Assembly (NCBI GenBank): GCA_963796275.1
Contig: CAWCKY010000001.1
Location: 256,001 to 320,000 of the forward strand
Direction of reading: 5' to 3'
From: an uncultured Acidobacteriota bacterium
GTDB taxonomy: Bacteria > Acidobacteriota > Blastocatellia > RBC074
Length of the DNA stretch: 64,000 nt
The translations under genes and the position numbers were made by a program. Position 1 is the stretch's first letter; each line of letters begins with the position of its first letter. The notes below the pieces were generated by a model that made no database searches, was not told the origin of the DNA, and was given only the letters and a program-made list of their open reading frames with translations. This document shows positions 33,620 to 44,873 of the stretch, piece by piece.

Positions 33620-35104
33620 CTAGCCTAATATTTGAAACCAATCGATCAATCCCCTCGCGACCGCCAACTGCAATAAACCGCATATAAAAATGATTACCAC
33701 CGGGTTCAGTTTTGCGCGCAGCATCAGCAGGAACGCGAGAGTCGCCACTCCATAACTGAGCGGCGTGTTCAAACCATTTTTCGCCAGGCTCACTCCCGCC
33801 GCCGCGAGCATTCCGACCACTGCGGGAGCGACGCCCGCGAGAAAGGCCTGAAAGAAGAAGTTGGTCCGAAAGCGATTGATCGATGTTCCGGCGATTACTG
33901 TCATGACGAATGATGGCAGAAACGCGGCCACCGTAGCTGCAATTGCGCCGGTCGCGCCGGCAACTTTGTAACCGATGAATGTGGCAGTGATCAAAACCGG
34001 ACCGGGGGTAATCTGTCCGAATGCCATCCCATCCGCAAACGTTTGCCGGTCCATCCATCGGTTTGTGTCAACTATATCGGTTTCGATCTGCGGGATCATG
34101 ACAAATCCGCCGCCGAAAGTCACTGTGCCGACGCGCAGAAAGATAGTCATAAGCTGCCAGACCGTGATCATTTTCGAGAGAACAGGCCAGGAGAGGATCA
34201 GAAGCAGCAGTATGGGCGCAATGGAATGAAGTTTGCCGCTCCCTTTACCCGCGGCGGGAGTGGTCAGCCCATCGCTCTTAGCTTCTGTCTCGGGTGAATT
34301 CCTGTCGGGCAGGGATACCTCGACTTTATAATCGCCCGATAATTTATCGGGGCTATCCATAATTTCAGCGGCTTGCTGGCGAGCGTGCTGTTCGACTACT
34401 TTGGTTCGCACGGTGGTCTGCCGCTCTTTGCGCAGGCGTTGCCGCACACGGTGGCGGACGCGTGTCTTATAGGTTTTGATGAAAACGCCGATCATCCCCG
34501 CCACCAGCACCACTTCGACAACCGTCGTTTGCGTGAAGATGAGCATAAAAGCGACGGCGACGCCAAGTTCTAGGTGCCACTGCTGCTGTACCGCCGTCTT
34601 CCCGAGCCGTGAGATGGTAGCCGCGATGAGCCCGACGACTGCGGCGTTGAAGCCCTGAAAGACGCGTTGCGCGTCGGGCAACTGGTGCAGGTAGGTGTGC
34701 GCAATGGTAAGCGCAATCATGAAAAGAAAAGACGGTAGGATGAAACTTCCGGTCGAGACGAGCGCGCCGCGCACGCCGCCGAGTTTGAGGCCGACATAAG
34801 TGATGGCATTTGCAGCATTCGCCCCGGGAAGGCTTTGTGCCAGAGAGACGGCGTCGAGAAACTCTTCTTCCGAAAGCCAGCGCCGCTCGCGCACGACCAT
34901 CCGCCGGACTTGCGCTATTACTGTAATTCCGCCACCGAACCCCGTGGCTCCCAGCTTGAGGAACGTCCTGGCCAATGCGCGCCAGTTGACTTTCGCTTCT
35001 TCCGGTGCGAATTGATCAGCCACCCACTCACGTATTTGTTTAAAATATGTAACAGAAATGACTTTTAACTCATTGATATATCTTCTCTCTCTCACTGCTC
35101 GCAT
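33620..35104 (-). CDS. chrA: Chromate efflux transporter, long-chain CHR family (start uncertain)
   Basis: Two CHR domains: FLKLGATGFGGG...QSLPGA and GTVTFGGG...GQITPGP. Confidence 0.9.
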   Translation of the reverse strand: MRAVRERRYINELKVISVTYFKQIREWVADQFAPEEAKVNWRALARTFLKLGATGFGGGITVIAQVRRMVVRERRWLSEEEFLDAVSLAQSLPGANAANAITYVGLKLGGVRGALVSTGSFILPSFLFMIALTIAHTYLHQLPDAQRVFQGFNAAVVGLIAATISRLGKTAVQQQWHLELGVAVAFMLIFTQTTVVEVVLVAGMIGVFIKTYKTRVRHRVRQRLRKERQTTVRTKVVEQHARQQAAEIMDSPDKLSGDYKVEVSLPDRNSPETEAKSDGLTTPAAGKGSGKLHSIAPILLLLILSWPVLSKMITVWQLMTIFLRVGTVTFGGGFVMIPQIETDIVDTNRWMDRQTFADGMAFGQITPGPVLITATFIGYKVAGATGAIAATVAAFLPSFVMTVIAGTSINRFRTNFFFQAFLAGVAPAVVGMLAAAGVSLAKNGLNTPLSYGVATLAFLLMLRAKLNPVVIIFICGLLQLAVARGLIDWFQILG

Positions 35105-35150
35105 TCTTTCTTCAATAGTTTGGTTACAGGGGGGATGTTACAATTCGCAC

Positions 35151-35837
35151 ATGTCCAAGCAACAGATTGCTATTATCGGCGGGACGGGCGATCAGGGCAA
35201 AGGCCTCGCACTCAGATGGGCGCGAGCGGGTTTTTCGATCACTATCGGCTCACGCTCTGCCGAACGCGCGATGAGCTCAGCGGCGGAATTGCGCGCGTCG
35301 CTCGATAGTGCGGTCGAGAATAATGGCGCAATCGAGGGTTCGATCAATGGCGAAGCGGCAGCGAATGCATCGATCATCGTTTTGACGGTTCCATTCGACG
35401 CTCAGATATCGACCATGAAGGAGATCAGCGGGAGAATTCAAGCGGGAGCGGTGCTGATCGATGTCACCGTGCCACTCGAGACCGCAATCGGCGGCAGGCC
35501 CGCTCGCACTCTCGGCGTTTGGGCCGGGTCGGCGGCGCAACAGTGCGCGGAGCTTGCGCCCGCAGGCGTTCACGTCGTCTCCGCATTCCACAACGTAGGA
35601 GCCGCCGCTTTGGCAAAGATCGATCATGAAGTGGAGTGCGATGTCATCGTCTGTGGCGATGACAAAAGCGCGAAAGAACGGATTAGACCGCTCGTCGAGG
35701 CGATCTCCGGTTGCCGATACATCGATGGCGGAGCGCTCGCCAACTCCCGCACAGTCGAGGCGATGACCGCCCTGTTGATCGGCATCAACATCCGTTACAA
35801 GGCGCACAGCGGTATTCGAATCACAGGAATAAGTTAA
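35151..35837 (+). CDS. npdG: NADPH-dependent F420 reductase
   Basis: IAIIGGTGDQGKGLALRWA..IGSR; VPL; SAAQ; SAFHNV; VEAMTALLI.IN..Y. Confidence 0.85.
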   Translation: MSKQQIAIIGGTGDQGKGLALRWARAGFSITIGSRSAERAMSSAAELRASLDSAVENNGAIEGSINGEAAANASIIVLTVPFDAQISTMKEISGRIQAGAVLIDVTVPLETAIGGRPARTLGVWAGSAAQQCAELAPAGVHVVSAFHNVGAAALAKIDHEVECDVIVCGDDKSAKERIRPLVEAISGCRYIDGGALANSRTVEAMTALLIGINIRYKAHSGIRITGIS

Positions 35838-35936
35838 TTGATAATTGATAAGGGATAATTGATAATTTGCAATTTCGAAAGGAACAAGTCGGTAACGGAA
35901 TAAACATTATCAATTATCAATAATCAATTATCAATT
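35836..35936. repeat. Palindromic element with (AATTGAT)n and (ATCAATT)n arms, copy 1
   Basis: Heptamer arms read directly; core contains TTCGAAA and GTAAC. Confidence 0.85.
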
Positions 35937-35943
35937 AACATCT

Positions 35944-36870
35944 ATGTCTCCCTATATTGAATTAACGAGAGATCAATGGAGCCTGTTACGCAATTCTACT
36001 CCTCTGACTCTCATCGAAGATGATCTCGTGAAACTACGAGGCATCAACGAAAACGTCTCGCTGCAAGAGGTGGAAGAGATTTTTCTGCCGCTTTCGCGCT
36101 TGCTCAATCTCTATGTGGGAGCGACGCAGAACCTGCACAGCGCATCTGCCACCTTCCTCGGCGACAAAACTGAGAAAGTGCCATACGTCATCGGCATCGC
36201 CGGCAGCGTAGCAGTCGGCAAAAGCACGACGGCGCGCATTCTGCAGGCGCTGCTCGCCCGTTGGGCCAATCATCCGAAAGTCGATTTGATAACGACCGAC
36301 GGATTCCTGTTTCCCAACGCTCTGCTCGAAGCCCGCGGGTTGATGAAACGAAAGGGATTTCCGGAGAGCTATGATCGACGGCGCCTGGTGAAGTTTGTTG
36401 CGAATGTAAAATCGGGTAAGACCGAGGTGAGCTGCCCGGTCTATTCGCATCTCGCTTACGATATTCTGTCCGATCAGGTTCAGCGCGTCAGGCAGCCGGA
36501 CATCGTGATTCTCGAAGGGTTGAATGTTTTGCAGACGGGAGTCGGAAGCGCAGACCGATCGCCGGTATTTGTCTCTGACTATTTCGATTTTTCTATTTAT
36601 GTCGACGCGGATGAGCGGCACATCAGGCAGTGGTATATCGATCGCTTTCTGACCCTGCGGCGCACGGCCTTTCGCGATCCCGCTTCATACTTTCACCGGT
36701 ACTCTAAATTGACTGATGATGAGGCGCGCAAGACGGCGTTGAAGATATGGAATGAGATCAATGGTATCAACCTGAAAGAGAATATTCTCCCGACTCGCTC
36801 GCGCGCGGATTTGATCCTCGAGAAAGGTCCCGATCATTCAGTGCGGCGTGTCAGGTTGAGGAAATTGTGA
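35944..36870 (+). CDS. coaA: Type I pantothenate kinase
   Basis: [15 protein letters not shown]; TTDGFL; KGFPESYD; EGLNVLQ. Confidence 0.98.
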   Translation: MSPYIELTRDQWSLLRNSTPLTLIEDDLVKLRGINENVSLQEVEEIFLPLSRLLNLYVGATQNLHSASATFLGDKTEKVPYVIGIAGSVAVGKSTTARILQALLARWANHPKVDLITTDGFLFPNALLEARGLMKRKGFPESYDRRRLVKFVANVKSGKTEVSCPVYSHLAYDILSDQVQRVRQPDIVILEGLNVLQTGVGSADRSPVFVSDYFDFSIYVDADERHIRQWYIDRFLTLRRTAFRDPASYFHRYSKLTDDEARKTALKIWNEINGINLKENILPTRSRADLILEKGPDHSVRRVRLRKL

Positions 36871-36876
36871 ATAATA

Positions 36877-36966
36877 AGTTTTCAGTTTTTAGTTGGGAAC
36901 GATCAAACAATTTTAGATCAAATCTAAAATCTAAAATCTAAAATCTGAAAACTATCAACTATCAAC
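36877..36966. repeat. Heptamer-repeat palindromic intergenic element
   Basis: AGTTTTCAGTTTTTAGTT ... (AAATCTA)3 AAATCTGAAAACT. Confidence 0.7.
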
Positions 36967-38257
36967 TCTCTATCGCATCCATCTTCCCCGTAATGAGGGT
37001 GAGGTAGGCGATGATCCCAACGATCAGTACGACGCCGGTCAGTCCTAAGGCCAGGGCGAACGATCCGGTACTGTGAGCGATAAAGCCTGTCAATGCGGGC
37101 GCGATTATCCCGCCCAGATTGCCTCCGAAGTTTTGAATACCTGACACGGTGCCGACGATCTTCTTGTCGCAGACCGCTTGCGTCAATGTCCAGGTGTTCG
37201 GTGAGGCGATACCTATGCCGCCTAGTGAAATGGTGAGCAACCACACGGCTGTCATCTTATCTTCGACCATACCCGCAGGCACGATGAGGCAGCCTATGAA
37301 CAGCCCCGTGACGATAAACATTTTACGAACCTTCGTCTCTTCGTATCCGCGACGGACTAGCCAATCGCTCAGTATGCCTGAAATCAGGATGATGACCGAC
37401 ATCGTGAGGTAGGGCAGGGCGCTATAGATTCCCATCTCGCTCGCGGTGAACTTGCGTTCCAGCCTCAGATAACCTGGCAGCCAGGCTACATAGACGAACC
37501 AGGCATAATCATAAGCGAAAAAGCCGAGGAAGATGCCGAAAACACTGCGATTCTTAAGTAACGAAATGCTTTTGAGAAATGATGGCACCTGTGACGGAAC
37601 TGGCTCAGCGGTGACGGCAGGCGTCTGTTTAACCTCCCATTTCCCTAAAAACCATGTCCAGGGGAAGAGCCAGATCAGAGGTATTGTGCCGATGACCAGA
37701 AAAAATAGCCGCCAATCGTATTTGCTCAGAAACCACGCTCCGACTATGTTGATTAACGCCGTGCCATATCTCACGCCTGCCAGATAGAGGCCCGTGACGG
37801 TTCCCCGCTCTCGCTCCTGAAACCAATTGGCCACCGCCCGCGCGCTTGCCGGAAAGGCCACCGCCTGTCCGATGCCCAGGGAAATGCGCAATGAAATGAG
37901 CGCCGTCAGATTTTTCGCCAGACCCGTCAAAATTGATGAGATGGACCAGAAAAGAAAACCTAAGGCATAGGCCCGCCGAACGCCGAATCGGTCAACCAGC
38001 CAACCCATTGGCATCTGCATGAAGGCGTACATCCAGAAGAATGCCGAGAGCAAGATACCCATCCCCGCCTTTGACAGGCTGAGGTCTTCGATCATGAATG
38101 GGGCAGCAACGCTTAACGCTCCGCGATGCCCATAACATATAAGCATCGCCGTGATGAGCAGGATCATTAGCCACCATCGCTGCCGGGAGTCTTTCAGCGC
38201 AGGTCGAGATTCTTCTGTCGCTGCTTCGGGGGCAGTCTTGATTTCTACTGGTGTCAT
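36962..38257 (-). CDS. MFS transporter, sugar-acid/anion:cation symporter-like
   Basis: SAFFWMYAFMQMPMGWLVDRFG; VAFPASARAVANWF..ERG; about 12 TM. Confidence 0.9.
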   Translation of the reverse strand: MTPVEIKTAPEAATEESRPALKDSRQRWWLMILLITAMLICYGHRGALSVAAPFMIEDLSLSKAGMGILLSAFFWMYAFMQMPMGWLVDRFGVRRAYALGFLFWSISSILTGLAKNLTALISLRISLGIGQAVAFPASARAVANWFQERERGTVTGLYLAGVRYGTALINIVGAWFLSKYDWRLFFLVIGTIPLIWLFPWTWFLGKWEVKQTPAVTAEPVPSQVPSFLKSISLLKNRSVFGIFLGFFAYDYAWFVYVAWLPGYLRLERKFTASEMGIYSALPYLTMSVIILISGILSDWLVRRGYEETKVRKMFIVTGLFIGCLIVPAGMVEDKMTAVWLLTISLGGIGIASPNTWTLTQAVCDKKIVGTVSGIQNFGGNLGGIIAPALTGFIAHSTGSFALALGLTGVVLIVGIIAYLTLITGKMDAIES

Positions 38258-38488
38258 TTGTCGCCTCAGGTTGTTGGGATGAACTGCTATGTGGCGGGTA
38301 TCCTCTCACGTTCCGGAGGGGCTTGCAATTATGTGTAGTTTGAATGCCCGCAGACCTTAATTTGGAATTTTTATAGCGAACTTCCCCGTCCGATTGTTCA
38401 ATCAGGCCCATTGAAGTAATAATTGGGGCAACTTTCTCAACGAACTAATAAACAATATCGCAATTCGCATTCGACCAAGGAGAACAGC

Positions 38489-40216
38489 ATGCAAAACAAA
38501 CGAACTCCTGAACAACTGCGCAGTCATCGTTGGATGGGCCTCAATGACCTGCGTTCATTCACTCATCGGTCGCGAGCCAAGCAGATGGGCTATGGGCGCC
38601 AGGATTATGCGGGTAAACCGGTCATCGCGATCGTCAACACGTGGAGCGATCTGACCACTTGCCACAGTCACTTTCGCGAGCGCGCCCAGGAGGTCAAGCG
38701 CGGCGTGTGGCAGGCGGGCGGGTTCCCGGTAGAGATCCCGGCATTACCACTCAATGAGACTTTTATGAAGCCCAGCCCGATGATGTATCGCAATCTGCTG
38801 GCGATGGAAGTCGAAGAGCTCCTGCGCTGCCAACCGATAGACGGGGTAGTCCTCATGGGCGGTTGCGACAAGACTACGCCGGGGCTATTGATGGGAGCTA
38901 TCACGATGGACTTGCCGGCGATCTATCTGCCCGCCGGGCCGATGCTGCGCGGCAACTGGAACGGCCGGATACTCGGCAGCGGAAGCGATGTCTGGAAGTT
39001 CTGGGCTGAGAAGTGCGCCGGCAATATCAGTGATGCCGAATGGAACGAGATGGAGGACGGCATCGCGCGTTCGCCCGGTCATTGTATGACGATGGGTACG
39101 GCCTCGACGATGACGGCGATCGCCGAAACGCTCGGGTTCACTCTCCCTGGCGCCTCGTCCATTCCGGCGGTCGACGCCAACCATTCTCGTCTGGCCGCGA
39201 GTTGCGGCCGGCGCATCGTCGAGATGGTTTGGGAGGATTTGAAGCCCAGCAGTTTTCTAACGGCGAACTCGTTCGATAATGCGATCACTGCCGATATGGC
39301 AATCGGTGGCTCGACCAATGCAATCATTCATCTGGTCGCGCTCGCCGGCCGCGCGGGGGTCAAGCTGGAACTGAAGAAGTTCGATGATATCTCCCACCGC
39401 ACCCCGATGATCGCCAACCTCCGGCCATCCGGAAGTTTTCTGATGGAGGATTTCTATTATTCAGGCGGATTGCGCGCGCTGCTCTGGCGCATCAGCCATC
39501 TGCTTCACCTCGATTGCCTGACCATAAACGGGAACACGATCGGTGAAAACGTCAAAGGCGCAGAGGTCTATAACGGGGAGGTGATCCGCGGGCTCGATGC
39601 CCCGGTCGCACCGCAGGGTGGGACTGCGATCCTGTACGGCAACCTGGCACCCAATGGGGCGGTGATAAAACCGACGGCGGCGGAAGAACGGTTACTGCGG
39701 CATACTGGAAAAGCGGTGGTCTTCAAAGATTACAACGATATGGCGGCGCGGATCGATGATGAGAGTCTGGCTTGCGATGAGGATTCGGTCATCGTCCTGC
39801 AGAATGCCGGGCCGCTGGGCGGACCCGGGATGCCGGAATGGGGTATGCTACCGATACCCAAAAAGCTCTTGAAGAAGGGCGTGCGCGATATGGTCCGCAT
39901 CTCAGATGCGCGCATGAGCGGCACTGCCTATGGAGCATGCGTGCTGCACGTCTCACCGGAGAGTTACATCGGCGGACCGCTGGCTTTTGTATGCGATGGG
40001 GATCTCATCGAACTTGATGTCCCGAACCGCAAGCTGAACCTGCGGATTAGCGATGAAGAGATGGCGAAGCGGCGGGCGGCATGGGTGAAACCCGAGCGGC
40101 ATTACCAGCGGGGTTTCGGCGCTCTCTTCAGCGAACATGTGACGCAGGCGGACCAGGGATGCGATTTCGATTTCTTGCATGCGGGAGCCCGCACACCCGA
40201 GCCGGAAATTCATTAA
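38489..40216 (+). CDS. IlvD/Edd-family sugar-acid dehydratase (L-arabinonate dehydratase-like)
   Basis: LRSHRW; CHSHFR; GGCDKTTP; [10 protein letters not shown]; PGMPEWG; DARMSGT. Confidence 0.92.
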   Translation: MQNKRTPEQLRSHRWMGLNDLRSFTHRSRAKQMGYGRQDYAGKPVIAIVNTWSDLTTCHSHFRERAQEVKRGVWQAGGFPVEIPALPLNETFMKPSPMMYRNLLAMEVEELLRCQPIDGVVLMGGCDKTTPGLLMGAITMDLPAIYLPAGPMLRGNWNGRILGSGSDVWKFWAEKCAGNISDAEWNEMEDGIARSPGHCMTMGTASTMTAIAETLGFTLPGASSIPAVDANHSRLAASCGRRIVEMVWEDLKPSSFLTANSFDNAITADMAIGGSTNAIIHLVALAGRAGVKLELKKFDDISHRTPMIANLRPSGSFLMEDFYYSGGLRALLWRISHLLHLDCLTINGNTIGENVKGAEVYNGEVIRGLDAPVAPQGGTAILYGNLAPNGAVIKPTAAEERLLRHTGKAVVFKDYNDMAARIDDESLACDEDSVIVLQNAGPLGGPGMPEWGMLPIPKKLLKKGVRDMVRISDARMSGTAYGACVLHVSPESYIGGPLAFVCDGDLIELDVPNRKLNLRISDEEMAKRRAAWVKPERHYQRGFGALFSEHVTQADQGCDFDFLHAGARTPEPEIH

Positions 40217-40450
40217 TGCCTGAGTGAAAGCGAGCCATAGAGTTGTAAAAAAGACGCGGGAGGATGGAAAGAAGAAGACAAGATTCCAAATGCACAATGC
40301 AAAAGGTCCCCTTGTCTTCTTTTTCTCTTGCGCTAATCTCCTTTTCTCTGTTTCTCCGTCTCTCGGTGGCTAGTTTCCTCGCTAGCTGTTAAAGTGAAGT
40401 CACCCCTTGAAGATTCTTTTCCCTTCAAATATTTACGAGGGACATAGATT

Positions 40451-41719
40451 ATGCAAATTAAGAAGACGCTTCGTCGCGTCGTCATCACTGGTATCGGGTG
40501 CGTCAGCCCTATTGGTATCGGGAAGGAACAGTTCTGGCAATCAGTCAGAGAGGGTCGAAGCGGTATAGGCGGAATCACGCGTTTTGACGCCTCTGATCTT
40601 CCTGTACAGATAGCGGGCGAAGTGAAGAACTTCGACCCTGATCTTTATATAGCTCCCAAAGACCGGCAACACGTCTCTCACGCCGTCGCACTTGCCGTCG
40701 CGGCAGCTGATCTGACATTTCTCGACGCCGGATTGAAACCCAGAGAGATGACTCTTGACGAGCGCCGCGATGTTGGGGTTGTCCTCGGCAGCGGCGGAGC
40801 GAGCCTCGGCTTTATCGAGAAGCAATACCGGTACTACTTCGCGAACGAGGCGAAGAGAGCGAGCGTTTATACGATCCCGACGGCGACTCCGGGATCGCTT
40901 CCCAGCGAAATCTCCATGTCTTTGGGATTGAAAGGATTCAGCCACCTTCTCTCGACCGGATGCACTTCTTCCACGGATGCGATTGCCTATGCTTCGCAGA
41001 TGATCGCGCTCGGCCGCATCAATCGGGTGTTGGCCGGTGGAGTCGATGCACCGCTGACTCACAGCTTTATGCTCGCTTTTTGTGTGATGAAGGTGTTGAC
41101 GCCGTCCTGGAACCACCAACCGCCGCGTGGTTCTCGCCCTTTCAGTAAAGACCGCGACGGGTTCGTGCTCGCTGAAGGCGCCTATTTTTTTATCCTGGAA
41201 GACCTCGGGAGCGCCCTCGATCGCGGCGCGAGAATCTATGCCGAACTCGCCGGCTACGGTTCCACGTGCGATGCGTATCATCGAGTGCGGTTGGACGAGA
41301 CCGGCGAAGAGCCGGCGCGTGCAATGGGACTCGCGCTGGATGATGCCGAGCTCAAGCCAGAGGAGATAGATTACGTCAACTTGCACGGCACCTCGACCGA
41401 ATTGAACGACCGGATCGAGACGCGTGCCATCAAAAAAGCCTTCGGCAATGCGGCTTACCGGGTTGCGGCGAGCGCAACCAAGTCTATGATCGGACACCCA
41501 CAGGGAGCATCGGGAGCTGCGGGGCTGACGGCGACGCTCGGTGGGATGGCCCTTGGCTTTCTACCGCCCACGATAAATCTGGATATCCAGGATCCCGAAT
41601 GCGATCTCGATTATGTCCCGAACGTGGCGCGTCCGGCCAACATCAGGCATGCTCTGTGCAATTGCATTGGGTTCGGGTCAAAAAATTCGGCACTGGTTGT
41701 AAAAAAATGCGAAATCTGA
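40451..41719 (+). CDS. Beta-ketoacyl synthase (FabF / type II PKS KS-alpha-like)
   Basis: RRVVITGIG; STGCTSSTDA (Cys); HGTST and KSMIGH (His-His); GFGSKN. Confidence 0.9.
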   Translation: MQIKKTLRRVVITGIGCVSPIGIGKEQFWQSVREGRSGIGGITRFDASDLPVQIAGEVKNFDPDLYIAPKDRQHVSHAVALAVAAADLTFLDAGLKPREMTLDERRDVGVVLGSGGASLGFIEKQYRYYFANEAKRASVYTIPTATPGSLPSEISMSLGLKGFSHLLSTGCTSSTDAIAYASQMIALGRINRVLAGGVDAPLTHSFMLAFCVMKVLTPSWNHQPPRGSRPFSKDRDGFVLAEGAYFFILEDLGSALDRGARIYAELAGYGSTCDAYHRVRLDETGEEPARAMGLALDDAELKPEEIDYVNLHGTSTELNDRIETRAIKKAFGNAAYRVAASATKSMIGHPQGASGAAGLTATLGGMALGFLPPTINLDIQDPECDLDYVPNVARPANIRHALCNCIGFGSKNSALVVKKCEI

Positions 41720-41832
41720 CCGGGAAACAAAAGGCAAATGGCAAAGCTCAGGAATTTGTTCATCTTTTGTTACTCGCCCTTTTTGTTTCTTCTTTTGGAT
41801 GATCGGTAATTTGGAATAGTTGGAATAGATCG

Positions 41833-42543
41833 ATGTTCGCTAATTTCATTGCCAATTTTGAAAAAAGGAGCAACGAGGCTGAACTGATGGACGGCTCGGA
41901 TTACAGCCTCGATGAGCTCGTTGAAAACCTGGCCGATCTGCGGCGCGTCAATCGCTACCTGGGCGGACAGCACGCCCTCACTAAACGTCTGTTCCCGATG
42001 ATCGAGAGCCTGGGAAGAAGAAAGGTTCGATTACTCGATATCGGTACAGGTTCAGCAGATATTCCGCAAATGATAGTCAAATGGGCGCGCTCTCGCGGAA
42101 TCGACATCGAATTCGTCGTCCTCGATCTCAACCAGATTGCGGCGCGGGAAGCGCGGACGCAGACATTAGGATATCCCGAAATCGATGTCATACGCGCCGA
42201 TGCACTGCGGATGCCGTTCGCTGACCACAGTTTCGACTTTGTGATAGCTTCTTTGTTCCTTCACCATTTCGAGAATCGTGATGCCGCGCGATTGCTTAAG
42301 GCGTTTGCCAGGGTGGCGCGCGTCGCATTCCTCGTTAACGACCTACGCCGCCACCCGGTGGCCTATTACTCAATTAAACTCCTAACGCGCGTCTTCACTC
42401 GCAATCGCCTCGTTCGCAACGATGCCGCCGTATCAGTATTGCGGGGCTTCTCCCCATGCGATATAGATGAGATCGAACGAGAGTCGCGGATTAAGCTGCA
42501 AACTTATTACCATTTTCCTTATCGCATCATATTGATTGGATAG
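41833..42543 (+). CDS. Class I SAM-dependent methyltransferase
   Basis: ELMD; LRRVNRYLGG; LLDIGTGSAD; SLFLHHF; VNDLRR; DAAVSVLRGF. Confidence 0.9.
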   Translation: MFANFIANFEKRSNEAELMDGSDYSLDELVENLADLRRVNRYLGGQHALTKRLFPMIESLGRRKVRLLDIGTGSADIPQMIVKWARSRGIDIEFVVLDLNQIAAREARTQTLGYPEIDVIRADALRMPFADHSFDFVIASLFLHHFENRDAARLLKAFARVARVAFLVNDLRRHPVAYYSIKLLTRVFTRNRLVRNDAAVSVLRGFSPCDIDEIERESRIKLQTYYHFPYRIILIG

Positions 42544-42551
42544 GATTTGTT

Positions 42552-43130
42552 ATGAACGAGAACGATGTCCTGCAAATCTTTGAAGAAAAAGGGGCGCTGC
42601 TCAGCGGGCATTTTCTCCTCACGTCCGGGTTGCACAGCCCGCGCTATTTGCAATGCGCGCTGGTGCTTCAGCATCCGGAGATCGCAGAGGAGCTATGCTC
42701 TGCATTGGCAGTCAGGTCTGGTGCGGATGATCGCCTGGGAGAAATCGATCTGGTGATCGCGCCCGCGCTGGGAGGCGTGATCGTCGCCCACGAAGTTGCG
42801 CGCGCTTTCGGCGTGCGCGCAATGTTCGCCGAGCGGCAGAATGGAACGATGACGCTGCGACGCGGATTCCGGATCGATCCGGGAGAACGGGCTTTCGTCG
42901 TCGAAGATGTCGTCACCACCGGCGGCTCGACTCGTGAGGTGATGAGGGTCGTAGCAGAACACGGCGGGAAAGTGGCCGGCGCGGGATCATTGATCGATCG
43001 GAGCGGAGGTAAGATCGATCTGGGAGTGACATTGTACTCGCTGTCCGTGCTCGAAGTGCCCGTCTATAAACCTGAAGTTTGCCCGCTCTGCCAGGAAGGT
43101 TCGGTCGCGATCAAACCTGGAAGTAGGTAA
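42552..43130 (+). CDS. pyrE: Orotate phosphoribosyltransferase
   Basis: GHFLLTSGLHS..YLQC; VVEDVVTTGGS; KPGSR. Confidence 0.96.
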   Translation: MNENDVLQIFEEKGALLSGHFLLTSGLHSPRYLQCALVLQHPEIAEELCSALAVRSGADDRLGEIDLVIAPALGGVIVAHEVARAFGVRAMFAERQNGTMTLRRGFRIDPGERAFVVEDVVTTGGSTREVMRVVAEHGGKVAGAGSLIDRSGGKIDLGVTLYSLSVLEVPVYKPEVCPLCQEGSVAIKPGSR

Positions 43131-43137
43131 TTTATAA

Positions 43138-43223
43138 AATTGATAATTGATAATTGATAGTTCGAAAATAGCTCTTGTAACAATTTATACGAATTATCAA
43201 TTATCAATTATCAATTATCAATT
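43138..43223. repeat. Palindromic element with (AATTGAT)n and (ATCAATT)n arms, copy 2
   Basis: Three left and four right heptamers; same TTCGAAA/GTAAC core as 35836. Confidence 0.88.
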
Positions 43224-43237
43224 GTTTTCAAATCCCT

Positions 43238-43977
<740 letters not shown>

Positions 43978-44010
43978 TCTGCCTGTCCAGTACCCGACGG
44001 CGAGAGGAAC

Positions 44011-44817
44011 ATGCATCAAGATTTTACCGGAATGATTGAGCCCGGCTCGCGTGATGAGCAATTGCTCAATCAAATCGAATTCAACCGATTACCGAGTCAC
44101 ATAGCAGTAATTATGGACGGCAATGGCCGGTGGGCGAAGCGCCGCCATCTCCCGCGAATCGCGGGGCATCGAGCAGGCGTCGATGCGGTGCGCGCTACCG
44201 TCGAATCGGCGGCGCGCCTCGGCATTGGCGCTCTGACGCTTTACGCATTCTCGGTCGAGAACTGGAAGCGCCCTCCATTCGAGATCGAAGCGTTGATGAC
44301 ATTCCTGAAGGAATATCTGCGCAAAGAGCTGGAGAATATCCATCGCAATAACATCCGTTTTCAAACTATCGGCCGGACGGTCGAACTCGATGAATCGGTT
44401 CAATTCGAACTGCGTTCCGCGGTTCGCAAAACGGCCGGCAATACCGGCATGATATTAAACGTGGCCTTGAATTACGGTGGCCGAGTCGAAATGGTGGATG
44501 CCTTCCGTAAGCTCTTGGAGAGGTGCCAGCGCGAAGGCCGCTCTCCCGAATCGATCAACGAAACCGATATCGCGCGTCAGTTGTACACGGCGAATCTGCC
44601 CGATCCCGACCTCCTCATCCGAACCAGCGGCGAGATGCGGGTGAGCAACTTCCTCCTCTGGCAGATCGCCTATTCGGAGATTTACGTGACAGACCTTCTG
44701 TGGCCCGATTTCCGCCGACCCGACCTTTTCGCCGCCATCATCGAATTTCAGAAGCGTGAGCGCCGTTACGGCGGTTTGAGCGATAGCGCACAACGGGCCG
44801 TCGTCAACGCCTCTTAA
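44011..44817 (+). CDS. uppS: Undecaprenyl diphosphate synthase
   Basis: HIAVIMDGNGRWA; FSVENWKR; DLLIRTSGE.RVSNFLLWQ. Confidence 0.98.
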   Translation: MHQDFTGMIEPGSRDEQLLNQIEFNRLPSHIAVIMDGNGRWAKRRHLPRIAGHRAGVDAVRATVESAARLGIGALTLYAFSVENWKRPPFEIEALMTFLKEYLRKELENIHRNNIRFQTIGRTVELDESVQFELRSAVRKTAGNTGMILNVALNYGGRVEMVDAFRKLLERCQREGRSPESINETDIARQLYTANLPDPDLLIRTSGEMRVSNFLLWQIAYSEIYVTDLLWPDFRRPDLFAAIIEFQKRERRYGGLSDSAQRAVVNAS

Positions 44818-44873
44818 GATTTGAGATTTGAAATCGACCTCAAATATCAAATCGCGAATCTTAAAATCTCTTT

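Noticed and set aside
40541-41497. 318-aa minus-strand ORF
   Set aside because: Antisense to the ketosynthase, with no independent motifs or SD.
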